Made by a program: the position numbers and the translations under genes
The notes under the pieces: model-generated
The model's input: only the letters and a program-made list of their open reading frames with translations
The model's database searches: none
What the model was told of the DNA's origin: nothing
Shown: positions 7,198-14,947 of the stretch, one piece after another
Numbering within the stretch: the first letter of the stretch is position 1
How the letters are laid out: each line of letters opens with the position of its first letter
Origin: a virus
Direction: 5' to 3' (one strand)
IMG/VR virus record: IMGVR_UViG_3300048906_000028
Span: 1-54,183 of that record
DNA: 54,183 bases

Positions 7198-7470
7198 ATG
7201 ATCAACGCAAACGGCCAACACACCAACCCTGACTTCAACATCGTCCAGGCCCCAGGCAACTGCAACCCCAAATTCATCGTGATTCGCGGCCAGCGCACCA
7301 ATTCGGGCCACGCCGCTCCAGGCAGCGAGGCAATCTCGGTCCCGATGTCCCGTGACGAGGCAATCACCCACGCCGACCAACTGCAGGCCGACCACGACCG
7401 CAAAGCCGCCCGCCAAGCGGCAGTCAAGAGGATGGCTGCGGGTGTGGCCGGTAAGGCTTTTAACAAGTGA
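7198..7470 (+). CDS. Hypothetical protein (90 aa)
   Basis: ORF after the CCCATAGAGAATAGAGAG leader. Confidence 0.65.
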   Translation: MINANGQHTNPDFNIVQAPGNCNPKFIVIRGQRTNSGHAAPGSEAISVPMSRDEAITHADQLQADHDRKAARQAAVKRMAAGVAGKAFNK

Positions 7471-7523
7471 CCATTCTGACGAGGCCAGCGGGGGCTGGCC
7501 GAAACGCCCAAGGGCGTCAATGG
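7471..7523 (+). ncRNA. Hammerhead ribozyme, type I (candidate), second copy
   Basis: CCAUU-CUGACGA-GGCCAGC[GGGG]GCUGGCC-GAA-ACGCC[CAAG]GGCGU-C/AAUGG. The predicted cut follows C7518. Stem III co-varies with the copy at 2707. Confidence 0.75.
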
Positions 7524-7545
7524 ACCCTAACTTATGGAGAACGCC

Positions 7546-7866
7546 ATGACCCGTACTACCGAAGAACTGAAATTCGCTGCGAGCGCCGCGCTCGACAAGT
7601 GGATTGACAGCAACGATGACGCCGACTTCCAAGCATGGGAAGCCATCATCCGCGAACTGCGCGATACGCTGATGATCACGAACCGCGTGTACGAGGTCGA
7701 CGGCCGCCGCTGGCTGATCGAAACGGCCGTGAACCTGGCCAAGGCCGAAGAGGCTATCGCGATGGCCCGCTGCACAGGCTCCATTGGCGCTACCCTCCAG
7801 GAGACGCGGGATGGCGTCACGCACACCCTGGCGGTGGTGTCGCGCCTGCCAGGGGACGAATCGTGA
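7546..7866 (+). CDS. Hypothetical protein (106 aa)
   Basis: ATG 7546 was chosen by analogy with gene 2780 (same spacing after the ribozyme). ATG 7534 is an alternative. Confidence 0.6.
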   Translation: MTRTTEELKFAASAALDKWIDSNDDADFQAWEAIIRELRDTLMITNRVYEVDGRRWLIETAVNLAKAEEAIAMARCTGSIGATLQETRDGVTHTLAVVSRLPGDES

Positions 7867-8009
7867 TGCCCTTCAAGCCGGTCGACATCGCACTGTTGCT
7901 GGCGCTGGCCTTGCTGGCCGCCTGCATCGTGGACCCTGATGGCCTGCGGGATACCCTGCGCCCCGCCCTGCAGTGGGCGGCCGCCTTCATCCCGCACTCG
8001 GCAAACTGA
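7866..8009 (+). CDS. Possible small membrane protein (47 aa)
   Basis: ATG 7866 shares a base with the upstream TGA. Hydrophobic segment IALLLALALLAACIV. Confidence 0.35.
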   Translation: MPFKPVDIALLLALALLAACIVDPDGLRDTLRPALQWAAAFIPHSAN

Positions 8010-8032
8010 CGATTTCCCCGAGGAACGGCCCA

Positions 8033-8041
8033 TGGTATAAT
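8033..8041 (+). promoter_or_regulatory. Extended -10 promoter element, TGGTATAAT
   Basis: catGGTATAAT lies 47 nt upstream of ATG 8088. No good -35 was seen. Confidence 0.45.
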
Positions 8042-8087
8042 GCCGGTGGGTCCACTCCCCACACATAGCGAATATAGGAAAAGAACA

Positions 8088-8330
8088 ATGAAGAAGCTGC
8101 AAAAGCTGTCCCGCCGCATCCGCGCCGCCTATCATAACCTCCAGGCCCGCGCTTACCTGCGCGCTGCCCGTGCCGCCCGCCAGAATTCCATGGACTGGTT
8201 CAGCAAATCGTCCGATGCACAACAACGCTTCCGTGCCCTGACCGCCTGGAACGCCGCCCGCGACCTGGAAGAGGTGGCCCGCGACCACATGAACCGCGCC
8301 GAATTCCTCAGCCGCCCCACCTGGAACTGA
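8088..8330 (+). CDS. Hypothetical basic protein (80 aa)
   Basis: Internal ATG after the CATAGCGAATATAGG leader variant. Confidence 0.6.
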   Translation: MKKLQKLSRRIRAAYHNLQARAYLRAARAARQNSMDWFSKSSDAQQRFRALTAWNAARDLEEVARDHMNRAEFLSRPTWN

Positions 8331-8332
8331 CC

Positions 8333-8908
8333 ATGGTCAAGATTCTGAAATGCAACCTGGAATACCTGTATTGGTACGCGCCGAAAGAAGGCGAAGAAGA
8401 GGCGGAGTCTTATCGTGAAATGCGCCTCAAGGCTGCGGCCCGCTGGCAGCTGCTGCAGGAAATGGGTGTGGATGTCAGTGATCACGCCGATACTGGTCAC
8501 ATCCGCAATATCCTACTGTCCGAGCAGCAAGCAATGCAACTGATGGTGGCTGGTTACACGTTAGAGGTTAAGTCCACGGTTAATGTCGATCCCTCCGGCC
8601 CCGATGGCATGATCGAGGTGATGGCTAACTTCAACATGATGGCGAACAAGCTGCTGGCGCTGCCCGCCGCCGACCGTGCTTACAACTCCAAGTGCGAGGT
8701 ACACATGCCGGGCCAAGCGCTGTCGACCTACAACGAGGTGATGCTGCTGGAGAACACGTGCAGTGACGAGTTGCAGACCCACATAGATCACGGCTGGCGC
8801 ATGATTGCCGCTTGCCCGCAGCCCGATCAGCGGCGGCCTGACTACATCCTGGGCCGCTACAACCCGAACCGCTCGATTCCCTCCACCTACGCCGAAAGAG
8901 GCCGATAA
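8333..8908 (+). CDS. Hypothetical protein (191 aa)
   Basis: ORF starting 3 nt after the upstream stop. No recognisable domain. Confidence 0.7.
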   Translation: MVKILKCNLEYLYWYAPKEGEEEAESYREMRLKAAARWQLLQEMGVDVSDHADTGHIRNILLSEQQAMQLMVAGYTLEVKSTVNVDPSGPDGMIEVMANFNMMANKLLALPAADRAYNSKCEVHMPGQALSTYNEVMLLENTCSDELQTHIDHGWRMIAACPQPDQRRPDYILGRYNPNRSIPSTYAERGR

Positions 8909-9106
8909 ATGACCCAAATTCAATCCGCTCCAATCGAAACGAGTGATGCCGCCCTGACCCTGGCCCGCGCAGAGTTCGTGGCGGAAGTCCGCAAGCGCTA
9001 TCCTTACATGGTGATCGATTCCGACCTCGGTGCGGGCCGCCGCACCGGCAAACAGGCCCTGGAATTGATGTGGATCGGCTTCAAGATGGCTAAGGGGCTG
9101 GCATGA
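8909..9106 (+). CDS. Hypothetical protein (65 aa)
   Basis: ATG immediately follows the upstream TAA. Confidence 0.55.
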   Translation: MTQIQSAPIETSDAALTLARAEFVAEVRKRYPYMVIDSDLGAGRRTGKQALELMWIGFKMAKGLA

Positions 9107-9285
9107 AGAAGCCCTTTCCTATCACCGCTGGACTCGGGGCAACAGCTTTCGAAATCCAGGTAGGCCGCGTGGTTGTGCGCCTTCTACGACCCCGATGCTG
9201 GTTCTGGCCCCGTCGACACATAGCAAACCGGGACTCTATAGTCTGGCCGCGTTACGTCTCCATCCGGGTAACGGAGAAAGAATAA
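9103..9285 (+). CDS. Hypothetical protein (60 aa)
   Basis: ATGA overlap with the upstream stop. The composition is not very protein-like. Confidence 0.4.
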   Translation: MKKPFPITAGLGATAFEIQVGRVVVRLLRPRCWFWPRRHIANRDSIVWPRYVSIRVTEKE

Positions 9286-9543
9286 ATGGTAGACAAGACC
9301 GCCGCCCGCGCCGCGCTGACCAAAATGCTCGAATTTTGCAAGGAGGAAGAATCCGCTGACTGGTACCCGAATTTCCGCACCCTGATGGACTTCATCAACG
9401 GTGCGGGGCCTGCAGTACCGGACCTGGCCCACCCGTCCTTACCCAATGCCCCTATCGTCAAACCTAAGGAACGCTATGAAATCGACCGAAGAAAACCAAG
9501 AACCGTCAACCGCTCTGGATGGCTCGGCCCCCGAGAAGGTTGA
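9286..9543 (+). CDS. Hypothetical protein (85 aa)
   Basis: ATG immediately follows the upstream TAA. Confidence 0.55.
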   Translation: MVDKTAARAALTKMLEFCKEEESADWYPNFRTLMDFINGAGPAVPDLAHPSLPNAPIVKPKERYEIDRRKPRTVNRSGWLGPREG

Positions 9544-9544
9544 A

Positions 9545-10684
9545 GTGCCGCTGCACCTGGCCCATAAACTGCACAAAACGGGTGACTACGATAACCCGCA
9601 CCAAATTACCGACGCCAACGGCCAGGTAGTGCTGGCGCTGTGCCGCAAGTGCGGTCGTGGCGAGGCCGAATTGGACCTGGACGAGGGCGTCTGCCCGAAA
9701 GCCCTGGAAATCCACAACCGCATGGTTGAAGGCCGCTGGCGCGTCGAGTGCTACGAGTTGAACGACGGCCGTACCTATCTGTCGATCCTCGCGCCCGATG
9801 GCCGGGGAACCCGCTCCTCTTGCCTGACCCTGCAGAATGGCAACCTCGGCCCAACCGCTGAACTGTTCCGCGGATTCGCTGATCACTTCAAGGGCAAGGC
9901 CGATGTCCGTTTCAACTCCGCCATGGAACTGGCCGATTGGCTGTCCAAGTTGGTGGTGATGGATGAAAGCGGAATGGCGTTCTCCAACCTGGTTTGGGAA
10001 CCCGCCGCTGACGCCGCGCTCTACCTGCGCTTCCTGGAAAAGGTCAGCCATCGCGAACTGCAGGTCAACACGGAGCAAGAGGGATTCGCACTGGAGTGTG
10101 CGATGCAAAACGGCTTCGAATCGATCCAGGGTGACGGCAACGTCTACGCGGTCCATAGTAACGACCTGATCGATTTTATCTTGACGCAGCGCCGCCTGGC
10201 TGTGCAGCACGCATTGCGGGAACCTAAGCATGACTGCGCCAAGCGGTTGCGCGAACTGGCGGCCGGTTTTGCACAGCAGGGGGCTGTGTATAAAACCTTG
10301 ATCAACGCCGCCGAGCAGGTGGAAATTCTCTACCAGGGAATGCTTAACTGGAAGGCCACGGCGGAAGCGAAGGACATGATCTACACCGAGTTATCCAACA
10401 AAGGTCCGGAAAGCCGTTGCGAAGTTCCCCCGGAAGGATGGACTTGCACCCGTGAGGCGGGCCATGACGGTCCGTGCGCGGCCCTCCCCTCCGACCGCGC
10501 GCAATTCCGTGACCTCCCCAAGGGTGCGCGGTTTCGTTATCTGGGCGCCGACAGTGAAACTTTCGTGGTGCTTAGCACTGCAGGCCGGGGTGAAGTGGCC
10601 CAGGCCGGGGTGCGCGGCCCGCTGCAGGGTATCTACTCTTTCGGGGATGATTGCACCCAGGTGGTGGAAGTGGTTCAGTGGTAG
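9545..10684 (+). CDS. Hypothetical protein (about 379 aa; start uncertain)
   Basis: Long ORF 9401..10684. GTG 9545 lies 1 nt after the upstream stop with GAGAAGG 5 nt upstream. ATG 9476 is an alternative. Confidence 0.65.
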   Translation: MPLHLAHKLHKTGDYDNPHQITDANGQVVLALCRKCGRGEAELDLDEGVCPKALEIHNRMVEGRWRVECYELNDGRTYLSILAPDGRGTRSSCLTLQNGNLGPTAELFRGFADHFKGKADVRFNSAMELADWLSKLVVMDESGMAFSNLVWEPAADAALYLRFLEKVSHRELQVNTEQEGFALECAMQNGFESIQGDGNVYAVHSNDLIDFILTQRRLAVQHALREPKHDCAKRLRELAAGFAQQGAVYKTLINAAEQVEILYQGMLNWKATAEAKDMIYTELSNKGPESRCEVPPEGWTCTREAGHDGPCAALPSDRAQFRDLPKGARFRYLGADSETFVVLSTAGRGEVAQAGVRGPLQGIYSFGDDCTQVVEVVQW

Positions 10685-10752
10685 TCTAAGCGTTTAACGT
10701 CTCCGAGGCCTTCGGATGGTCCTAGGCTATACAAGCCCGTGCTGAACCGTCC

Positions 10753-10786
10753 GAAGGCCAGGAAAGTACCTCCCGTGCAGCCGGGA
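10753..10786 (+). repeat. GTACC box copy
   Basis: gaaggccaGGAAAGTACCTCCCGTGCAGCCGGGA, 19 nt upstream of ATG 10805. Confidence 0.7.
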
Positions 10787-10804
10787 ATACCTAGAAAGGA
10801 TATC

Positions 10805-11050
10805 ATGGGCAAGCTAGCCGTCATCTACGTAGAAACTGGCATCATCGCCCGCCACGGGCGCAAAGCCTTTGTTTACGAGGATTCCAAATACCTGGCGCGG
10901 GAAGCGCACAACAAGGCCCGTGTCATGAACAGTGTGCGCGGCAAGACAGTGTTTGAAGTCCGGCCCGTGACCGACGAGCAGATCGCAGCGGGCCGCCTGT
11001 TCGATGTAAACCAACGAAAGAACATCCATGGACTACCAATCACTAGTTGA
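10805..11050 (+). CDS. Hypothetical protein (81 aa)
   Basis: Internal ATG with an AAAGGA ribosome-binding site. Confidence 0.6.
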   Translation: MGKLAVIYVETGIIARHGRKAFVYEDSKYLAREAHNKARVMNSVRGKTVFEVRPVTDEQIAAGRLFDVNQRKNIHGLPITS

Positions 11051-12068
11051 CTGGCACGCATCCCAGGCCGCGAGCAATCGCAAGCTGGAAGAAAAATTCC
11101 TGGAGCGGGCCGCCAAGGCAGGGGACTTGCGCCCGGGTGGCCACACCCAACGGGTTAACGAAGGCCACGCCCGCCGCCACCGGAAGGTCTGGCAGTTTCA
11201 CCAGGAAGCGGTTGAATGTGCGCGGGGAACCACTCCTGCCAGCGCTACTAGCGTGGATAGGAATAGCGTCAAATATCAGGTTTTGCTCAATGAATTAGCA
11301 ATCATCATTGGCTGTGATGACCGCCGTACCGCCGCCCAAAAAGCTGCCGCTGTGCTTCGGTGGGTCGAACGTAATGCGAAGCCGATATTCACCGCGCCTC
11401 ATCCGGTCGCTGCTGCACCGTCCGATTACATCGGGAAGTTGCGCTCTGCCCTCTACGCGATTGCCTTTACCATGAACGAAGACGAATTGCGCCCAACTGC
11501 TTATGAGGCCTATAAACTTGCCGTTCCGGTCGCTGCTGCACAGGCAGTGCCGACCAAAATTCACAGCGCTTGGGAATCCATGTGCCGCAAGGCTGTTGCA
11601 GTCTTAAATCGGCATATCGTGCCCGATGGCATTTCGGATTTTGCCACACTTAGCGAGCTTTATGGAATCTTCGACAGTGAAGAATATCGCTCCACTAACA
11701 CGATAGAGCAGGACCGATGCGAACAGCGGCAGGCCGAGGCGATGTCAATGGCCCGAATTGTTGATGGCATCGCCTCCCCATCTCCAGCAGCACCAAAAGA
11801 TGCACAAGGGGTGGTGCCGGAATGGTTTAGCGTCAACAATAGCCTGCCGGAAGTCGAAACAGATGTGCTGGTGTTCGGAAAACGTGGCGATGCGATTTGC
11901 TATTCAGTGGCCGGCATCTTCACTGGCGACACGCATGTGCCTCTAGGATCGCTTACGGGCCGTGAATGGCTGGCACAGAACAGCGAAGAAGAATTGCGCT
12001 TTATTGTCTCTCACTGGATGCCCTTGCCCTCCGCCCCGCAGCCAACCGACACCAATAAGGGGGCGTGA
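11028..12068 (+). CDS. Hypothetical protein with a C-terminal DUF551-like domain
   Basis: 346 aa. The C-terminus WFSVNNSLPEVETDVLVFGKRGD...SHWMPLPSAP matches the DUF551 pattern from memory. Confidence 0.65.
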   Translation: MDYQSLVDWHASQAASNRKLEEKFLERAAKAGDLRPGGHTQRVNEGHARRHRKVWQFHQEAVECARGTTPASATSVDRNSVKYQVLLNELAIIIGCDDRRTAAQKAAAVLRWVERNAKPIFTAPHPVAAAPSDYIGKLRSALYAIAFTMNEDELRPTAYEAYKLAVPVAAAQAVPTKIHSAWESMCRKAVAVLNRHIVPDGISDFATLSELYGIFDSEEYRSTNTIEQDRCEQRQAEAMSMARIVDGIASPSPAAPKDAQGVVPEWFSVNNSLPEVETDVLVFGKRGDAICYSVAGIFTGDTHVPLGSLTGREWLAQNSEEELRFIVSHWMPLPSAPQPTDTNKGA

Positions 12069-12265
12069 TGTTTGCCATCAGCCGATTGAAACTTAAAGCA
12101 CGTGGCCACTACATCGCTTATCAGCAAACCCTGGCCGGGCTTGATTGCGGTAGTTCGCTTGGCGAAGTTATCCGCCCCCAGGCCGCGATTCACCGCGAAG
12201 CATTTAATCGAACAATGGACGATCTGGCAAAGATCGATCCCAACGCACCTACACAACGACTTTAA
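12065..12265 (+). CDS. Hypothetical protein (66 aa)
   Basis: GTG 12065 or ATG 12068 overlaps the upstream stop. Confidence 0.45.
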   Translation: MMFAISRLKLKARGHYIAYQQTLAGLDCGSSLGEVIRPQAAIHREAFNRTMDDLAKIDPNAPTQRL

Positions 12266-12274
12266 GGACGCACA

Positions 12275-12967
12275 ATGAACAACAGCCGCGCCCCTGGCGC
12301 TGACGCAGAGCGCAGGCACGTCGAGCAAGAATATACGCGGACGGCATTCGACTACACCCAACAGCCCGTCGGCAGCCGCGATTGGTGCTTATTTTGGGAT
12401 GGATGGCAAGCCGCCCGCGCTGCCACCCCGGCAGGCACTGATGGCGCGGTCCTGTCACTCAATGACCAAGGCATTGCATGGCCTATCAAACCGCGGCCTG
12501 ATGGCTTGTGGGAGTTCGTTCCCTCAGTTTCCGGCGCAATGCCTACCATCGCTGCTGGTGCGCCAGCCGAGACGCCGAAGTTAGGCTTTGAGGCATGGTG
12601 GACTGGCCGTGCATTGCCCGACGACCTGAAACCTGCGTTCTTCATGGTTTGGCAGGCAGCATTGGAAGACGGCGAGCCGGGGCCATTCCCTGCCGCCCAA
12701 GCTGCGCCAGTACAGCCTGCCACTGGGGCGGATGGGCAGGATGCGGGGGTGGCCGGCGCGTTACATGACGCTCTCACGCTTGCTGCGAAGGACATGCCAG
12801 ATGGCTTTGAAATCCGGATATGCATCGAGCGTGGGTCGGGCTGGGTGGAGTGGTCTGGGATCGACGGTGAGGCGCACCATATCGAGGGCGAGGGCTATCT
12901 GTCGGATGACGTTCACGAGGCCATCGCCGCCATGCTCGCCCCTGCTAATTCGGAGAAGCCGCTGTGA
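12275..12967 (+). CDS. Hypothetical protein (230 aa)
   Basis: ORF with an AAGGA ribosome-binding site. Confidence 0.65.
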   Translation: MNNSRAPGADAERRHVEQEYTRTAFDYTQQPVGSRDWCLFWDGWQAARAATPAGTDGAVLSLNDQGIAWPIKPRPDGLWEFVPSVSGAMPTIAAGAPAETPKLGFEAWWTGRALPDDLKPAFFMVWQAALEDGEPGPFPAAQAAPVQPATGADGQDAGVAGALHDALTLAAKDMPDGFEIRICIERGSGWVEWSGIDGEAHHIEGEGYLSDDVHEAIAAMLAPANSEKPL

Positions 12968-13344
12968 GCGCCGAGCAACTATTCGACCAGATCGCGCATG
13001 ACATGGGCTGGAACGACCACAACATGCAGCGGAACAGGCCTTACACGGGCCAGCCTCACACCGACACAGGTGAACGCGGGCGCACGGAAGTCAAGGGCGT
13101 TACTTTCCGCGATCTGCGCGACTGCTTTATACGTGCCTTCTTGCTGTCTAACGGCACGAAAATGCCAGCGCAATACGCGGAAGCGTGCAAGGGCGAAGCG
13201 GCGGCGCTCTGCGAAAACGACCTTTACGGATGGGATTTGAACCAGATTGACCCAAATGCAGTCTTTCAGAACTTCTCCTGCGAGGTTGAAAAAATGATGG
13301 GCATCTATCCAAACGTGCCAGCCCTATCGAAAGGACAACCATGA
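12964..13344 (+). CDS. Hypothetical protein (126 aa)
   Basis: GTGA overlap with the upstream stop. Confidence 0.65.
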   Translation: MSAEQLFDQIAHDMGWNDHNMQRNRPYTGQPHTDTGERGRTEVKGVTFRDLRDCFIRAFLLSNGTKMPAQYAEACKGEAAALCENDLYGWDLNQIDPNAVFQNFSCEVEKMMGIYPNVPALSKGQP

Positions 13345-13460
13345 ATCACCACCAAGCAAATGAACTGCTGCCGTGCCCGTTTTGCGGCGGCCAGGCACAA
13401 TTGACAGACACCGGTACAGGCTCGTGGCGTGTCGGATGCCGGCCGGAATGGGTTCGATAA
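13341..13460 (+). pseudogene. Lar-like zinc-ribbon ORF, apparently truncated (39 aa)
   Basis: MNHHQANELLPCPFCGGQAQL...WRVGC. It has the LxPCPFCGG start typical of Lar-family proteins but stops before a second Cys pair. ATGA overlap with the upstream gene. Confidence 0.4.
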
Positions 13461-13514
13461 GCAAGCCCAGGCTTGGATGTTGTGATGTCGTAGGCATTCC
13501 CTGATAAAGCCTAA

Positions 13515-13543
13515 TTGCCACGGAGAACCGGCCGTGGTCTAAT
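13515..13543 (+). promoter_or_regulatory. Class I-like promoter, TTGCCA-N17-TCTAAT
   Basis: -35 at 13515-13520 and -10 at 13538-13543. Hairpin CCACGG/CCGTGG lies in the spacer. It points into a region with no credible ORF. Confidence 0.45.
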
Positions 13544-13580
13544 GGGGGCCTTCATTCGGTGTCTCCAACGCTGATCTTGC

Positions 13581-13622
13581 GGCCCGCCCAGGTTTCCACG
13601 ACCTCGGCGGGCCGAATTTTAT
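13581..13622 (+). terminator. Terminator-like hairpin
   Basis: GGCCCGCC (13581-13588) pairs with GGCGGGCC (13606-13613), with an inner AGG/CCT pairing, followed by GAATTTTAT. Confidence 0.45.
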
Positions 13623-13721
13623 CCCCCGTTCATGTAACAGGCGTAACAGGCCTATATACACGCATATATACACGGAAGAACGCCCGTCCTTACGGGGCTT
13701 CTTGCCCTCTGTGTGGTCTTC

Positions 13722-13985
13722 ATTTACGCGTAAGGGGGACGAACCTGTCGCTGCAGCGACACATTAGCGCCGGAGAGGGGTACACGACTACACACGAAAT
13801 ATTCGACTCCAAAGAACGCCCGTAAGGACGGTACTTCCCTTGAAGCTTGGGCCGTGTATATCGATATACACAAAATAGCCCTCAGACTGTCACACCTACA
13901 CGCGCACTACACAAAATGCAACCCACTCCACCCCTAACGTGTGCTAACGGAGAGGAGGTTGTCAAGGGTGGTAGGCTTTTCGGGC
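13722..13985 (+). repeat. Noncoding paralog A (homologous to 43085..43309)
   Basis: Shared blocks: TTACGCGTA, CGGAG(A)GGGGTACACGACTACACACG, AGAACGCCCGT, GTGTATATYGATATACAC, CTAACGTGTGCT and GTTGTCAAGRGTGGTMGGCTTT. Confidence 0.75.
13854..13871. promoter_or_regulatory. Perfect 18-bp palindrome GTGTATATCGATATACAC (operator- or iteron-like)
   Basis: Read directly. The paralogous copy at 43216..43233 differs only at the centre. Confidence 0.6.
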
Positions 13986-14147
13986 GCTTACGCGTAAACC
14001 GGGGCTGTATATACAGGTGGGGGAGGGGCGCGGGCAGGTGGCGGAGAGTGCGGCGGTCTTGCCTTTGAAGGTCCTCGCGCAAGCGCATACGCCCGATGGT
14101 CGGCGGTCAAATGTGGCGATCCTTGCCTTGACCCAACTGCCCATGGT

Positions 14148-14699
14148 GTGGTTTACTCGGGCCTTGATTCCTGGTTGGATGGCCAGGTAACTACCGACCC
14201 CGCGATAATGCCAACTCCCAAAGACAAAAAACCTGCGCCAAAGGCTAAAGCCAAGGCCGCGTCCAAACGTTCTGTCGCCAAGGTGGCCGAGCCTGACCCC
14301 CGCGAGACCGCAATGGGCAAGTGCGTCGCATTCGGGGTCGAGAATTTGGTGGACCAGATTTTGGCGGGCAATACGCTGACCGGCATTTCAACCATCATCG
14401 GTGTGTCGCTGCCGACGCTGATCCGGTGGATCGCCAGCGATGCGGCCGTTGCCGAGCGGTCCCGCGAAGCGCGCCTGGCGGCCGTCCGTACGTGGGACGA
14501 GCGGGCCGAGGAGTTGGTGGCGACCGCCCGCGACCCGTTCCAACTGGCTAAAGCCAAAGAACTGGCCCATCATTACCGGTGGCGCTCCTCCTGCATTGCC
14601 CCGGCTGACTACAACCCAAACCGGGGCGGCACAACCCCGTCCGAACCGATCGACCAAACCGCCCTGTTAAGTCAAATCGCGGACCAACTACCGAATTAG
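14148..14699 (+). CDS. terS: Terminase small subunit (HTH type)
   Basis: ILAGNTLTGISTIIGVSLPTLIRWIASDAAVAERSREAR matches the HTH small-terminase pattern, and it lies upstream of terL. The start is GTG 14148 or ATG 14208. Confidence 0.65.
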   Translation: MVYSGLDSWLDGQVTTDPAIMPTPKDKKPAPKAKAKAASKRSVAKVAEPDPRETAMGKCVAFGVENLVDQILAGNTLTGISTIIGVSLPTLIRWIASDAAVAERSREARLAAVRTWDERAEELVATARDPFQLAKAKELAHHYRWRSSCIAPADYNPNRGGTTPSEPIDQTALLSQIADQLPN

Positions 14700-14704
14700 C
14701 TATC

Positions 14705-14947
14705 ATGACCGACCTCGCCAAAAGCCTTACGGAAGCCCTGTGGGAATCACCGGAAGAAGTGCGGGAGGTCATGAAGAAGATACGAAAGAATCATGAAGAC
14801 CTCGAATCCTGCATTCGCCATGACTTCGACGTTGTGCTACTTGATGGCCCTATCCGCCGTGAGTATCGCTGCCGTATTTGTGGCGGGATCGTCAACCACG
14901 CTGCCTACCAGTGGTACACTCGCGGTCGGGTGCACGGGGGTTCGTAA
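14705..14947 (+). CDS. Hypothetical protein (80 aa)
   Basis: ORF between the terminase subunits, with a CRICGG motif. Confidence 0.5.
   Translation: MTDLAKSLTEALWESPEEVREVMKKIRKNHEDLESCIRHDFDVVLLDGPIRREYRCRICGGIVNHAAYQWYTRGRVHGGS

Noticed and set aside
7669-7675. Other CUGAUGA/CUGACGA heptamers (7669, 28831, 40551, 48643, 17711, 53167) as further hammerheads.
   Set aside because: All lie inside coding sequence. None has the required stem II hairpin followed by GAA, an A15.1-U16.1 stem III and an NUH site.
13559-14144. Track ORFs inside noncoding region A (13559..13825, 13847..14068, and the minus-strand 13882..14088 and 13962..14144).
   Set aside because: They have GTG or weak starts without ribosome-binding sites. 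They overlap one another, have odd composition, and are built from the repeats and palindromes. The paralogous region B does not conserve any of these reading frames.
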